Assembly (NCBI GenBank): GCA_964016885.1
Contig: OZ024743.1
Coordinates: 105,586,001-105,650,000 of the forward strand
Direction: 5' to 3'
From: Eledone cirrhosa
Taxonomy: Eukaryota
DNA: 64,000 nucleotides
The translations under genes were made by a program, and so were the position numbers. A model generated the notes under the pieces. The model worked only from the letters and a program-made list of their open reading frames with translations. It made no database searches and was not told the DNA's origin. Of this stretch, positions 37,915 through 52,297 are shown one piece after another (the first letter of the stretch is position 1; each line of letters opens with the position of its first letter).

Positions 37915-40900
37915 TTTACAGACACATACTTAGAGAAGGCCCATTCATTCGGACCATACTTGCTTCTCTCACCCATTTTTCATGAAAATGCTGGGAAGAG
38001 AGCACTTCCCTCTCTACCCTGATTTTCCTTTTCAAATGAAATTTGAAAAGTTAATCAGGGCATCACCGAAGAGGTAAGTGCTCGTCTTCAGCCCTTTCAA
38101 ACGTGTCCACCATACTATCTCTTTCGCCATGGCCACCAGACAGATGAAAACTGCCTGCCCTTCCCGGCTAAAGGAAGAGGGTGGGGCAATCCTCACGATG
38201 GACTCAGCTGATAGCTGGATCCGTCCTACACGTGACAGCAGGTGTTCGACATAAACCCACAAGTCAGCAATGCTCGGACACTGGACGAGTGCGCGCAGGA
38301 CGGTTTCGTCGCCCTGTGCGCATCTCGGACATGCCCGGCTGACGGCACCTCCATGTCTGTAGAGTTTATCCCGAACTGGCAAAGCTCCCCGGTAGCACTG
38401 CCAGGCCAGGGGTTTCTGGAAGTTGTCCATAGGCCCCGGCCAGAAAGTCCTTCCGAAGAGATTGGCTAGTTGATTTTCGTCGACGCCTAGAGTTTCTCCA
38501 AGTACGTCGTCGCTCTTCCCCTCCACTAATCCCCTATAGAACGCCTAGGTGGAGTTTCCACCGATCACATTGCCCGATTGGTCGAGGGCTGTGAGCGCCT
38601 GAAGACATTCCAGTCTCCAAGCGCTCCCTCTCGGTCTTCGCTTGACCCAGGACTGCAGCTCCGTGAAGGAGACGGGCTGGGCAAAAACGTGTCTAGCAAA
38701 CGGCGACCACACCTGATCACCGTCGAGGAAGAGGTGGAGATGTCGTAGCCTTTGCGCGTGTCTGCGCATCATCAGCCACGGCATGCCGAGCTCTCCGCGT
38801 AGCGGGTGTTGACAGCAGATGGACCGCCTGACCATCGGAGCGCGTCCCTTCCACAAGAAGCGAAACAGAAAACGCTCCAGCGCAGTCAGGCGGGGCTTAG
38901 GACAAGGTACGACGGTCAGGCGGTAGTAGATGACGGACACGATGTACGCGTTAGCCACCTCCGCTCGACCACTCAGGGAAAGCTTCTTCTCGGCCCATTT
39001 CTGGTTGAGAGAAGCCACCCTGCTCGTCACCTCATCCCAGTTTCTGTCTGTCTGGAGGTCTGGACCGAACCAGACCCCTAGCAATTTCACCGGTCCGTCC
39101 GTCCAGCGCCCGACGACGCTGTTGGACGGCATGGACCTGCATCTCCAGGTGCCGAGCTGCAGGCCCACTGACTTTTCCTGATTGATCATTGCTCCTGTCA
39201 CCGCTTCGTATTCTCTTAGTGTAGTGCCGATCGCCTCGATGTTTTTGGAGTTCGACACCACTACGGTGACATCGTCTGCATATGCTGACTCGGATCTTCC
39301 GCATCCTAGTTCGCGCGGGACCCCCCTCAACGTCTCCAGTTTGTGCAGTAATGGCTTGAGAGTCAATACGTACAAGAGGGACGAGAGGGGACATCCTTGG
39401 CGGACCGAGCGCATGATGTTGAACGGTTCCGAAAGGTGACTGTTCACTCTCACTACAGAGCAGATGTCGCTGTGCATGACAGCGATCCAGCCTCTGAAGA
39501 CGGGCCCAAAGCCATCCGCCCTCAGGACTGCCGCTAGGTAACGATGGTCGACCCTATCTAAGGCTTTCGACTGATCTAAATTGATCAAAGACCCACCCGT
39601 GCCAGGTTCCCTAGCTACCATCTCTACTATGTATCGCATGAGGTGGAGGTTGTCGTGGATGGATCTGTCGGGAATGGCGCATGTCTGTGCCTCTCCCACC
39701 AGACCACCAACGACAAGCGCCAACCTCTTTGCTAGCACCTTGGCCAACATCTTGAACTCTGTGTTTAGCAGAGTTATGGGCCTAAAATTATCTATGTTAT
39801 CCCTCTTGTTCGGATCCTTTCTCAGCAGCGCCACCGTTCCTCGGCTCACAGAGCTGGGAATTATCACGTTCTGTTGCCAGTTGCAGTAGACGTCCGCCAA
39901 GAGGCCTCTGAACAAGTCTGGCATTTGTACGTAAAGTTCATAGGGAAGACCATCCAAACCAGGCGATTTACCCCTTGTTCAGCCAGTCATTGCCTCCCGT
40001 ACTTCAGCGGTTGTTATCGGCTTTTCGCAACACTCCGCCTCAGTGGCCGAAAGCCGCGGCAGTCCGTCGAGGTAGACACTAAAGTCCACCGCTGCCCCCG
40101 AACAGCTGAGTGAAGTGTCGCTGAAAAGCTTCACACATTTTCCCGAGATCGAGTAGCATGCACCCGTCGTGGTCCACCAAAGACCGGATCGTGGCTTTGT
40201 TGCCACGACGCGCCTCCGCCACTCGGGACCATTGAACGGCTTTCGTCCCCTCGTGTCTGATAGCACGCACCCTAGCTCTGACAACGCAGCCTTCGGCTTT
40301 GCATTCAAGAATTGGTCAGGGGCCAATTTTGCCGCAAGTACGTCGGTCGCGATGCCTTTGCTAAGCGCCTCGTCTAATTTTCTAACTAGTTCTCCCGCTG
40401 CTATATTTTTCTCTATTGCTAAAGCCTTACTAAACCTAATGGACTCTATTCTAATCGCTCTTTTCAGAGCAAACCACCACTTGTTGCTGACGATGGCCCC
40501 CGTCAACGCCCGCTTAACTAGTTCGCTAATCCGGTCACTGTAGGCCTTTCGCGCTGGTAAGGACGCGTTTAGCTTCCAGTAGCCGGGTCCGCGTCTATGA
40601 AGCCTATCTAAGTCAAGCACACATACAAATTTGTGGTGCGCGTAGCTGACTATCTTGAATTGTGGACAGCCTATGCTAGACCTATCTATTTCCCTACAAA
40701 ATACTCTATCTAGACATGATCTGGATGACCCTATGCGATTTGTCCAAGTCCACATTGGCTCATTCGGGAAATCCAATCGGTACCTGTCAGACAGTTCAAA
40801 ACGCCTGAGCAGGTTGGTGAGGCTCTTGCCCCCTCCTCCCCTATACGCTAATCCCACACAGTCCCAGCGTGCATCTAAGATCCCCTTCCAGTCGCCCACT

Positions 40901-41315
40901 AACACTAAAGAGCGGGACGTACCAAGAAAGGTCTCCAGACGCCGGAAGAAATCAGGCCGCCCTGCTCCTGTCGGGACATAGACGGCCACTAGTCTGAAAG
41001 CTTGCCCGTCTCCGCTGGTCACGTCTAGCACCACCAACTTACCTTCTAGGTCCAGGAATATGGCCCGTATGGCGAGATCCAAACCTCTCCGAAAAAGCAC
41101 AGCAAATCCTCCCCTCGATCCCGGACGGCTGGGAGATGCGTACACATCGTAGCCGCCTAAGATCGGTGCAAAGGCCCGTGCTTCGGAGAATTCTGGTCTC
41201 GCTGATGGCCACTACATCTATGTTTAGTTACCTGAGGTCGTTGAGCAGGTGGCCCTGCTTCCATGACGACTCCAAGCCACGCGCATTTATGCTGCCTATT
41301 CTGAGTGAGGTCATG
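37915..41315 (-). pseudogene. Tx1 ORF2 (APE endonuclease, RT, CCHC), few lesions
   Basis: ORF 39979-41145 (APE: VAVYVP, GDW, TWTN, SCLDR), 38545-39957 (RT: NLDQSKALDRVDH, VRQGCPLS, AYADD) and 38032-38526 (CPRC..C). Confidence 0.92.
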
Positions 41316-41348
41316 TTGAAATGGAGTGGAAAAGATGGGAAAGACCAT

Positions 41349-42733
41349 TTACCTTACTTCTCGTAGAGGAAGGATGGTTTGTCCATCCTTTTCACTGCTT
41401 GTGGCCTCCTCCGGAAGGATGTCCTTATAAATCCTCCTGGAGAGTGTTTGTTGGAAGTCTCCGATGTCTTTGGGGAATTTTTGTTTTAGTGTCGTGTCCG
41501 TTTTCTGTGTGATGCGAGTGATTTGTATGTGTGGAAGTGGTGTGAACTTTTGGGTTGTTGTGTAGTCTTTTTCTGTGATGCTGGTGTTGTGTTGCATGTA
41601 GTGTAATAATTGGTTGTTGTTCAAATTTAATGCTGTGTAGTGTGTATCGTTTTGGTTGTTTTGTTTTGTTTGCGTTTGTTGTGGGTTTGTTTCTATTACG
41701 CTTTTTGGTGACTTTTGTGGTGTTGGTGATGGTGGTGTTGGGGTTAATGATGGTGATGGTGTTGGTGTTAGTGGTGATAGGGTGATTGATGCTGGTGTAG
41801 ATGGGGGCATATCTGTCCTAACTTTTTTGTTTGATAATTTATTGGTTTCCCTCTGTATTTTGTTTTTAGAGGGGGAAGGAAGAGAATTTTTCTTTTTTGG
41901 TTTCTTTTTTTCTTTTTTCCTGATACCGTTTCTCACTCCTCGTCGTCACAATCTGTCTCCAGTTGCGATAAGCCGGGGAGTGAAAAATCCTCCACAGGCG
42001 TTGGTTTTGGTTGTGGCGTGGTGGATGGTGTAGGCGCTGGTGCTAGTTCTGGCGCGTTGGGTGGTGGTGGTGTTGGTTTTGCTACTGTTGCTGGGGTTGT
42101 TGCTGTTACAGTTGCTTCTGTTGTTGCTGCTACAGTTGTTGCTGCCATTTCTGCTGCTGGTGGTGTTGATGGTTGAGTCACTGTGGTGGGTAAGAGAGGT
42201 GGCCTCAACCTTTTAGCCTGAGGGCAGAAAGCCTTTAGGTGGGTTCCTTCACCACAAACGACACACCTAGGTCTTCTGCCCTCGACGATTACGGTGAGGT
42301 CTATTACCTCTGGGATCTCCTCAATGCTTTTGTTGTCTGCTTGAATCAGGAGCTCCATCCCAGATTCGGACCAGTTCTCCTGCTTTTCTTTCGCTATTTC
42401 AATTATCTTGGTGTTGGCCTCGATGCCGGCGAGGACGGCAGCCATTAGCCAGGGAATTTTGATGGCCGATGGAACGTGGGTCATCCTGATCTTCACAAGT
42501 CTCTGGCCACAATAGCTTGGGACGAGTGTGAAGTCGTCACTTCTTAATGGGGCCATGGAGTGTTTAACACCTGCAGTCATTGGTAATGGCGGGAAATGAA
42601 CGTCTGCCTGAGACAAATTAAAAATATTGCTACTGCTTACATTTCCAGTGTTGGCAAACGTAGCAATATTTACAATGGTGGTGTCGGTGTGAGGTGTTAG
42701 ATTGTGAGGAAGGAGTGAGTCTGTGTCATCCAT
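41349..42733 (-). pseudogene. Tx1 ORF1 with CX2CX4HX4C knuckle, frameshifted
   Basis: CVVCGEGTHLKAFC in ORF 41933-42733; continues in 41349-41936. Confidence 0.8.
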
Positions 42734-42950
42734 TATTTTTCAAAGAAAAACTTTTGTTTGATAATTATAAAAAAGTTTAAATTTTGGGCTCATGGCCCCA
42801 ATATTTTTGAGTGTCCTTTTCAGAAATCAATGTATGTGCACTTATATACAGTTAACAATAAAAGTTTTTCCTAAATGGTAATTTTAAACAACTGAAAATA
42901 ACAAACCTTTGCGGAGCTCACGATGATACGATTTACTACGTAGGTCGCCA

Positions 42951-43435
42951 ATAATAATAATAATAATAATGATTTCTTTATTGGCCAAAAGGGCTGATAT
43001 CAAGAAAAACATTACATAATGCACAGGACGGTACAGGACGGTACGGTGTGGGTTTTGTGCGTGTAAATATTTTTATTATTTATATAAGAAAAAAAAAAAA
43101 AGGACAGAAACATATATATAAACAATAAAAATAAAAATTGAAACAATGAAAAATTCCCCAATAGGGGGGAAACCTCCAAGGGTTACTCGTGGCGAAAACC
43201 ACACAAAAGACCACGGCCACCCTGACGACCAGGGCAAGCGCCCTCTCTCAATTTTTCCATTTCTCAAACTACAGGCGTATATTCAGAGTGGTCCCGTTCA
43301 CTCGGACCATTCTCGCTACATTCACCCCATTCTCGCTACATTCAACAAACTTGCTAGAAGGCAGCACTTGCCTCTCCACTCTAATTTTCCTCTTCAAGTG
43401 AAACTTGAAAAAGTTAATTAGGGATTCGCCGAAGA
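42951..43435 (-). mobile_element. Tx1 3'-end fragment whose (ATT)n tail abuts the 5' end of copy C
   Basis: Minus strand encodes LINFFKFHLKRKIRVERQVL...ARMVRVNGTTLNIRL, then a 3' UTR and an ATT tail. Confidence 0.85.
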
Positions 43436-43449
43436 GGAAAGTCCATTAA

Positions 43450-44015
43450 TTGTCTCCGTCTCCTTTTCTTGCACTCTCGTGTCAAATGGGCAGGCTACAT
43501 CTACAATCAGGCACGATCTCTTTTCCTTGTCCAAAACCACCAGGTCAGGCCTATTGTCTTCTAATTTCTTGTCCGTCTGTATCTTAAAATCGCATAGCAC
43601 CATCACCTGATCGTTTTCTATCACCGACTCTGGCTTATGCTCATACCATTTCTCAGAATGTGGTAAATTGTTTACTTTGCATAGGTGCAGTGGATCACCC
43701 TGCCTATCACATCATGTCTCCAGCCTTTATAGTGAGTCTGGACTAGGTGCTTACAATCGAATACAATGTGAGCTACAGTCTCCTCTCTCTCCACAGATCC
43801 TACACAGTGAGCTACCCTCCACCTTGTGATCTTCCTATCCAAGTTCTATCATCCATACCATTTCTCTTGGTCTTATGAACAACAGTAAGCTTTTGTATAT
43901 TGTGTATTCCGTAGGAGTAATTCTTAAGATCCTCTTTGACAACCCTTCTGCAAGTTTCTATGGATACACCCCTGCATTGGCTTCTCCTCTGCAGCGATAG
44001 TTTTTGGCTTTGTTA
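43450..44015 (-). mobile_element. R4/Dong-like non-LTR retrotransposon C-terminal fragment (CCHC + restriction-like endonuclease)
   Basis: Minus strand CRICGEREETVAHIVFDC..RHD..KWYEHKPE..DFKIQTDKKLEDNRPDLVVLDK..IVDVACP (PD..D RLE motif). Confidence 0.8.
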
Positions 44016-47000
44016 AACAGCTATACGGACCATGTGAATAATATGACTATGTACGCTTCCATGCGTCGTCGAGCGTGGATATGACGGCCCCCAGCTATTT
44101 TACTAAGGGTCTCCATTGTCCCATCTGTCTCAATCGTTTTCACCCAGTTTGTTTTGTATTGGCTTTGAAGAGACATTTGTCTGTTCCAAAAAAAAACGGT
44201 TGAAATAGCTCCTGCATCTGCACGTACGAGCCACACATTTAGTTGTGTTTCACATAGAAAATTCGTGGCTGGAGCTCCCTCTGATATCTTGCAAACTTCT
44301 CAGATGTTGTATCGGCCACGTCCTGAAAAACCAATCGGTAAGAAAATGAATATACTGTGACACAAACGTGTGCGTAGCCAGTTTGTGTGAGTCAACCTGT
44401 ATACTTCCGTGACATGAAATCTACTTGATTAGAATTTCCATAAATACAACGTAGTTAAAAACAAAACTCCATTGTTTCTATTTCATTGCACTGACCAACC
44501 CTTGAGAGAAAACTATTAATCTTTGATCTATTATCGACCACTACCTACTATATAGATGTAAATGAAATCAAACACTGTAGGAAAAAATAAGAAGAAAGTA
44601 AGTTAATGTCACTAAGTTTGTCGAAATCGATACTCTTCCTCTATCAACACACAAGAACATCATACAGCGTATAATATCTATCATCATATAAGTTATTTGT
44701 CTGTTATACATCGACTTTCAAAGACAGTAAAGACTGAAATAAACATCAAAATGGTTTAATCAATTTTACGAATTTTACGTATCTGGTCCCGTGATCATCA
44801 GGCTTTCGGTTTATCGAGAATAAACAGGATTCTGAATACGTTGATAAGATTTGATGCTTTTGCTCGACGGAAGTACATGAAATAATTAATTCCCTGGTTG
44901 CAGGGAATCGCATTGTAGCACTGGGGTGGTATGGGTTATACAAAAGAAAATTACATGCTGAAACGTATAAAATATAGATGCAGCATGACTGAATGGCTAC
45001 GAAGTTTGCTTCCAATTCATTATGTTCTGCGTTCGATCCCACTCTGCGGCGTCTTAAGTATGATCATTTACCCATGAATTATGAATGAAATTGAATAGAT
45101 GGAAGCTCTTTTGAAACCCGTTGGATGAATTCTGCTTGTAATTCAAAATATCAGCTTTTTCACAAACTGTGTTACTCAGAATAAGCATGAGAAATACGTA
45201 TAGGATACATGTGCCTCAGGAATGAATCATCAGTGTGATATAATGTATGATAAGGCTGGTCTCTTCGAAAACACACAGGTGCAACTATTGATTTCCAGCT
45301 TAGTGGATTTGAGTAATGTGAATTCGAACTCAGCACATAACAATCGGGAGTTGAACATCTGAATCAGTATGTCACACGATTTCCATTGGTAAAAATTTAA
45401 TATCGAAAATGGAGAGAAGAAGAAAAGAAATGAAGTATTTAGAATGCACTATAGAGAATAAAGCTTATAGTTATTGATAAAAAGAATGTTTGCTTTCGGA
45501 GCACATATATTCACAGATTGCTGTGCGGGAACAAATTGGGATGTCGCAGCAATAGTACCGGGTGAATACATACATGAAACACTGATCTTTCCTAACCCAG
45601 AAAACTGCCACCAGATTATTTAATACCTTACAATAAAACGAACTGTAAAATATATAAGTTTATATACGTCAGGATTTGAATTTGAGCTTATTTGCGACAA
45701 AAAGATAAATTTCATATCTATTGACTCAAGTCAAACTGGAAATAAAAATACAACCCTTATCGTTCCTGTTTGTATACTACAGCAGATTTTTCTTAAACAA
45801 AAGCATAGATAGATATCCACGCTGTTTTGGAAGGAATGTGAATACTATATGTGTTCACATGGAAAAGCTGACAATATCTAAATACAATGATATTATAAAA
45901 GTCTAACATAGTGTTGCGAGTAATTTTTAGACATAATATGAATTCAATAATATGAATTCATAATTAGTGTGAAACTCGATGAAGTAAAATCGTATCCAAC
46001 ATTACGTATCGATTCAAATGAAGGAGCAAATATTAGGTGAGATGAAATTAATTATAAAAGACTTTCAGAAACAGTGTTTCTTTTCATTAAAGAAGACAAC
46101 GAGGTATGTCACAAAAATATAACTAAGAGCAAGCAGCTGTAAAATATTATATATCTAGACATCAATGATTAGAATCCCACAACAAAATACAACCAATCTA
46201 GCTACAAAACTGATAGACACATTAATCGCCGAGGAAAATCGATAAGAGACATACCTAATAGCTATAGTGGTATTAACATCGCATTAGATTCATGTGTAGA
46301 AAACGTATTAAAAGCCATGAAAAAGAAATAAAAAATCCATAAAACATAAGATAGAAAAAATGAAATCAATTCATCTTGAAGAGTATCTATACCAAAAATT
46401 ATTACTCACTGATAAAAAAACAAAGAATAAGCGTACGTAATAAATTCTTCATCAAATCTTACATGAGGCAAGACAATATCCAGTTACATAATACTTAAAT
46501 TACAGACACTATTCTTCTTATACTCATGTTGTAATGATGAAACACTGCAAGATTCGACAATATTTCAAGAAAGAAGCGAATGAAAAAATCCCTGCGCCAA
46601 AAAATAAATAAATAAATACATAGATAAATAAATAAGCAAATAAATAAATGAGAATAGTTTTCGTTTACTCCATACTAATATTATTATGTTTTGGAAACAA
46701 AATTCTCAACAATGACGGGTGTAAACATTATGGAAAATAAACAATAAAAAAGCAATAAAAATGTAAGCTTGAAACTACGTACCAAAGAAAATAAATTGTT
46801 CACATCGACAGATCACGTTCCGGATTCAATCGCTGAGTTACCAATGCCTTTGATCTAGGCCTACTGCTCGACCAAACAAACAAGATATTTTACAAACGAC
46901 AAATACACACGCTCACGTAGTCACACAGGGGTTTCAGCAGGTGCAGCAGCCTATGTGCTACCTTGTAGATCCTCATACACGACATTTCGAGGCATTCAGT

Positions 47001-47259
47001 GAGTAGATGTTTGCAGCAGTGGTATCTCATGTGTATGAGGCTCAGATGCACCCCACATAAGCATAAGCAGTACGCAGCTAGATCATTGCGATAATGCTAA
47101 ATACTATAGTTCATAATCACTGAAAGTCTCCTAGGCGAACACACAGCTTTTACTACCCACAGAGCTCAGCACTGCTCCCACATCTGATACAGTACTGCTG
47201 CTACACACACATGCATCCTAGCTAACCTCCATAAATATGCTTCTTACTTAAATTACATA

Positions 47260-47545
47260 AAGTCACTCACCCAACAACCCTGCATTCTAGAGCCGTTGCC
47301 TTCTTCCTATGCATTTCCTACCATTACTATTATGGTCGCTACTCATCGGAGCTGGCTATTTCCATGCAAGCTTCTTTGTACATCTAGGAAATGCGCATCT
47401 TTACATCTCTCATCACCTATATCATTCACAACTCACCCTATTTTGGAATAACCAATATACACAGTGTTTCCTGAATGCCCTCGCCCGTTGCTGATATCAT
47501 TCCTACAGGTCTCTCCAGTTTAAGAGGAATATCTCTATTCTCCGA
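47260..47545 (+). mobile_element. Decayed CR1/Jockey-group LINE ORF2 3' remnant
   Basis: YYYGRYSSELA-like peptide (TACTATTATGGTCGCTACTCATCGGAGCTGGCT), with downstream NQY..F and FKR remnants. Confidence 0.45.
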
Positions 47546-47789
47546 AAATTTGTAAAGACTATTATAATACCTACTCCTCCAGCCCTGGCAAATAAGCAAC
47601 GTTCTGTGTCAATGATCGTTACATAAAAGTGCTTTGTCACTCGTTAAGTGAAACGATGAAATAATTATATTTGTGTAGTGTAGAGACGAAAGAAAGTGAA
47701 AAAATGGATGGTTTGGAAGCGGAGATATATAGAATTGGATTGTCAACCACCTACAAATTTAATTTATATAATTGTACATACCGTCAACT

Positions 47790-48105
47790 AATAATAATAA
47801 TGATAATAATAAAAATATTAATGTGTTCTATATTAACCACAAAAGAGTTTACAAAAAAAAGTACATTAAGGACAACACAAGACGGTACAAATATGAGTTT
47901 CAGCATGTATAAAAGAAAAAACAAAAACGAAGGATGTAAGAAAAAAAAATTCGAAATAAAGGAAAATTCCCTAATAGGAAGAACACTTCTGAGGGTCACT
48001 CGTGGAAAAAGCCCACAGAAGCCACGGTGACCATTCAATTCTACAGGCGCATACTCAGAGCAGGCCCATTCACTCCGGCCATGCTCGCTACTCTCACCCA
48101 TCAAA
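47790..48105 (-). mobile_element. Tx1 3'-end fragment
   Basis: Minus strand WVRVASMAGVNGPALSMRL, a 3' UTR like the other copies, and an ATT-rich tail. Confidence 0.8.
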
Positions 48106-49029
48106 CTGCTATATTCAAAACAACAAACAGCGAAAGACGCGTTCCGGACTTGTCCGACAGACAACCTTTTCCCCCACCCCGGAAAAAACCCTTGATGGAT
48201 GTGAATCCGAAATATATAGGGACTATTAAATCTCTCCCAAGGTAACTCTCTCTTGTGTTGTTATTTTTATTTTTATCCTTTATACTCTTCCCTTCATTCT
48301 ACACATCTCACACATCTTATACACACCACGCATCTCAACGTACACCCACTTACATCTCTCTCTCCACCACCGGACCTTGTTACCCGGAGATTTACCCATT
48401 TGCATTGTCGAGGCTTCCAAACGACTTAAAGATATATATATATATATTTATTAATTTGAAGAACGTCAGTATTCCGTGTGTCATAATTCTCGATTATCAT
48501 TGGTTCATAGGTTTCAAACGACTCTGCCCACCTCAACGACACCAAACATGAAATTAATATGCATAATGCCAATGAGGGAGTGAGAGGGGAGAGTGTGAAC
48601 GCTGTGTTCAATAACTATTAACATGTGTTTGTGTGTGTATGTACGTGAGCGTATGTTTATGTGTGTGTGTGCGTGCGTGTAGCGTTCCACAGAAAGTAAA
48701 AACTGTCAACATGTGTGAGTGTGTGCGTGTTAAGTTTGCGTGCGTGTGCGCCTTTCCATGCGTGTATGTGTGTGGCGTTCTACAATCACCACTCAGTTTA
48801 TCCGTCTGTGTGCCTGTCTGTCAGTCTAACATACACAGAGTTGTGAAGGGAGTAAATAGGGATCTTTCTTTACATTGCCGGACATCTTTTATATTTATTA
48901 TTGTGTCAATTTGTATACACTATGTATATGTGTCAGTGTAGAGACGTGTGTGTCTGCGAAGTGTGTGGAAATAATAGGGGAAGGGAAGCAATAACTATTA
49001 ACATGTGTGCGTGTGTATGTACGTGCCAA

Positions 49030-51830
49030 AGGACCGTCCTGATATTGTGGCAAGAATATTCAAAGGATATCTGAAAAAGATAATGGATGATGTGGAAAAA
49101 GAGGTAATCTTTGGAGGTATAGTTGCTTTTACATACGTAATTGAATTCCCCAAAAGAGGATTGCCACATGCACATTTTCTGATTATTTTGCATAGAGATT
49201 GCAAATTGAGATATGCTGAGGATGTCGACAGCATTATGTGTGCTGAACTGCCGGAGAATGAAGCACTACGCAACTTGGTGGCAAAGTCAATGTTGCACAA
49301 CCAACGCGGAGTGGCAAATCGGAAAGCGCCTTGTATGAAAAATGGCCAATGTAGTAAGTACTTTCCGAAATCTTTTGTCACGACCACTTCCTGGAACGAT
49401 GGCGATGCTCATCCCTCATACAGAAGACGGACGCCTGTAGATGGCGGTTTGGTCGAAAATGTAAACGGTCGACAGGTTTGCCATACAATCCATATTTGAT
49501 TACGAAATATCGTTGTCATATTGATATGGAAATTTGTAGCTCAGTGAAAGGTTGCAAATATCTATTCAAATATGTTTACAAAGGTCGTGATCGGACAATG
49601 ATCAATGTCAGGAATGAGGAAGCGAACCAAGGAGATTAAGTTGGCAGGTTCCAGGATGTTCGCTCGATTGGATCTAGCGAAGCTTGCTGGAGATTGTTCG
49701 ATTTTCATCTAAATGAACGCAAACCGAGCGTTCAGAAACTGACGGTTCACTTAGAGAATAGGCAAATGCTCTGTTTTCAGGACACTAGAAGAGGTGTCGA
49801 AAGAATTGCTAACGCACCACCTCCTAAGACTCAATTGACAGAGTGGTTCAGGACTAATAGGGAACATGCTTTGAACCCGGATCAAAGGCAGCTCTACTGC
49901 GATTTCCCTTCGCACTATACGTGGGATAAGAAGGGAAAGAAATGGAATGATAGAACACAAAAATTGAGATTCATGACAATTGGACGGGTTTGTAATGTCC
50001 ATCCAGAATCTGGTGATGTGTTTTATCTCCGAATTCTGTTGCATAGTGATTTTTCGAGAGGTAAACAGAGCTTCGCTGATTTGAAAACAATCAATCGCGT
50101 GGAATATGAAACATACCAGGCTGTGTGTCCGCATCTGGGACTCATTCAGGATGACGCGGAATGGAATAACGCCATGGAAGCTGCAGGAAGAACACAGATG
50201 CCAGCTCAAATAAGGCAGTTGTTTGTCAGGATTCTAGGATTCTGCAACCTGCCGATCCAAGAGAGTTAATTGAACCCCATTGGGAAATTATGGCTGATGA
50301 TTTTAGGCATCATCTTCAGGTCGATGATGAGCAACTGCTTGAAGTTCATTTGAAATGTTTAAGAGATTTCAATTTGCCAATTCCTGATGAAGAAATGCGG
50401 CAACGTGTCTTAGCATTGAACATGAGATTGCAGCTGAGACGGTTGCCACTCGATCGGAGGGAACTATTCCAGTTTGATCCACTGGATCAGCAACGTATTG
50501 TGGATGAACGTATGCCAATGTTGACCCAATCTTAGATAGAATTGGTCGATGGCGTTCTCCACTCGATTTCCACTAATAAGCAACTTTGTGCTTTCATAGA
50601 TGCTCCAGGAGGCACCGGAAAGACATTCTGTTTCAACACTATGTTATCGGCAGTCAGAGCTCAGAGGAAAATTGCTCTCCCTGTGTTCACCTGTGGGGAC
50701 GCTGCCACTTTACTGAGTGGTGGAAGGACCTTCCACTCATGCTTCAAGGCTCCATTGGCTCCGGATGAGTTGAGTGTCTGTAACATTACAGGACAAAGTG
50801 AACTCGCGGGCCTTATACGCAATACGTCTCTAATTATTTGGGACGAGGCTCCAATGGCACACATATATTTGCTGGAGGCATTGAACAGAACTTTGAGAGA
50901 TATCTGGGGTAGTGACCTGTCATTCAGTGGTAAGACTATCGTTCTTGGTGGCGATTTCAGACAGGTGCTACGAATTGTTAGAAATGCTCAAAGAGCGCAA
51001 ATTGTCGATGCATGTCTGAAAAAGTCCCCGTTGTGACGCCATTTCAGAGTTTTGCGATTACACGAAAATATGCGACTTCGTATGTTCGGCCAAAACGAAG
51101 AGGCTGAGACATACGGCCGATGGTTGATGCAGTTGGGAAACGATAAATTGCCACACGTTGGTGATAATCAGACTGTAAGAATCCCAGACCATTTGGTCAT
51201 GCCACTGGACCACCAAGCATTGATTGACTGGGTGTTCCCTAATTTGAATGCTTTTTGGCAGAATACCTCCTGAATATCGGAACCCGTTATTCTAACTCAT
51301 ACGAATGCAATGGTCGATGAAATAAATTCACAAGTAGCCGGAATGTTTCCTGGAGAGGAATGGTTGAGCGTCAGTGCGGATGCAATGGAGACTAATCAGC
51401 AGAACAATATGGATGTTCCGACTGAGTATCTGAATTCACTTCAAATACCCGGATTCCCCAAACTTATTTTGAGGTTGAAAAAGGGTATGCCGATTATATT
51501 GCTTAGAAATATCAATCATAAAATGTGCCTTTGCAATTGTACCAGATTGATTGTTGAGAGATTGATTAACGGAAGAGTTTTAGAAGCTAAACTCCCAGGC
51601 AGAGAGGACTAGTTCTCTTTCCGAGGATCATGCTGCCATTTATTTGGCAAAGGAGACAGTTTCCCGTCAATTTGGCCTTCTCCATGACTGTCAACAAGGC
51701 ACAGGGACAGACTTTCAAGCGAGTCGGTGTCTACTTGAATGATCCAGCATTCAGCCATGGGCAACTGTATGTTGCTGCATCTCCAGTGTGCGATCCTAAC
51801 AGAGAAACAACCCTGAATATTGTCTATAAT
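49030..51830 (+). pseudogene. Helitron RepHel (HUH Rep + PIF1 helicase), disrupted
   Basis: YVIEFPKRGLPHAH (HUH), KYLFKYVYKG (catalytic Tyr motif, ~49556), DAPGGTGKT, IIWDEAPM, GGDFRQVL, TVNKAQGQT, HGQLYVA. Confidence 0.92.
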
Positions 51831-51889
51831 GAATCTTTTAGCTGATGTATGCATATCTTTAATGCTATCAATAAGCGACGTAAATGATT

Positions 51890-52297
51890 AGGACATTGGT
51901 GCCCTTTGATCAGCATTGAGCTTTGACAGAGTTATCATTTATGTTCAATGTCATTTAATGTCGTTATGAGCAATAAAAACAAACAAGTATTGGTAAAAAT
52001 TGCTTTCACTGCTATGTTGCGCAATAAATACCAACAAGTATTGGTAGAAATTGCCTTCACTGCTATGAATATTCGACATAATGATTCAGACATTGGTGTC
52101 CTTTGATCAGTATGGTGAGCTTTGACAGAGTTATCATTTCTGTTCAATGTCATTTATTGTCGATAATGAGCAATAAAAACCAACAAGTATTGGTAGAAAT
52201 TGTCTTCAAATTTATCGCTTCTGATAGCGGTGGTAATAAAACCTCATCATATGCTGAGTCTGGCAAAAATTTGGTGCCTATGGCCGGCCAGGGCTAG
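51890..52297 (+). mobile_element. Helitron 3' region with tandem ~200-bp duplication and putative hairpin-CTAG end
   Basis: GACATTGGTG..TTTGATCAG..GAGCTTTGACAGAGTTATCATTT at 51892 and 52089; TGGCCGGCCA palindrome then CTAG at 52294. Confidence 0.6.

Larger units (their letters stand above)
37629..42950 (-). mobile_element. Tx1-clade LINE, near full length (copy C)
   Basis: ORF1, ORF2 and a 3' UTR nearly identical to copy A's; (ATT)n at both ends. Confidence 0.92.

Noticed and set aside
44020-44400. Possible Tc1/mariner remnants here and at 19560-19740 and 27550-27900
   Set aside because: Only vague resemblance; no paired TIRs or DDE motif could be identified by eye.
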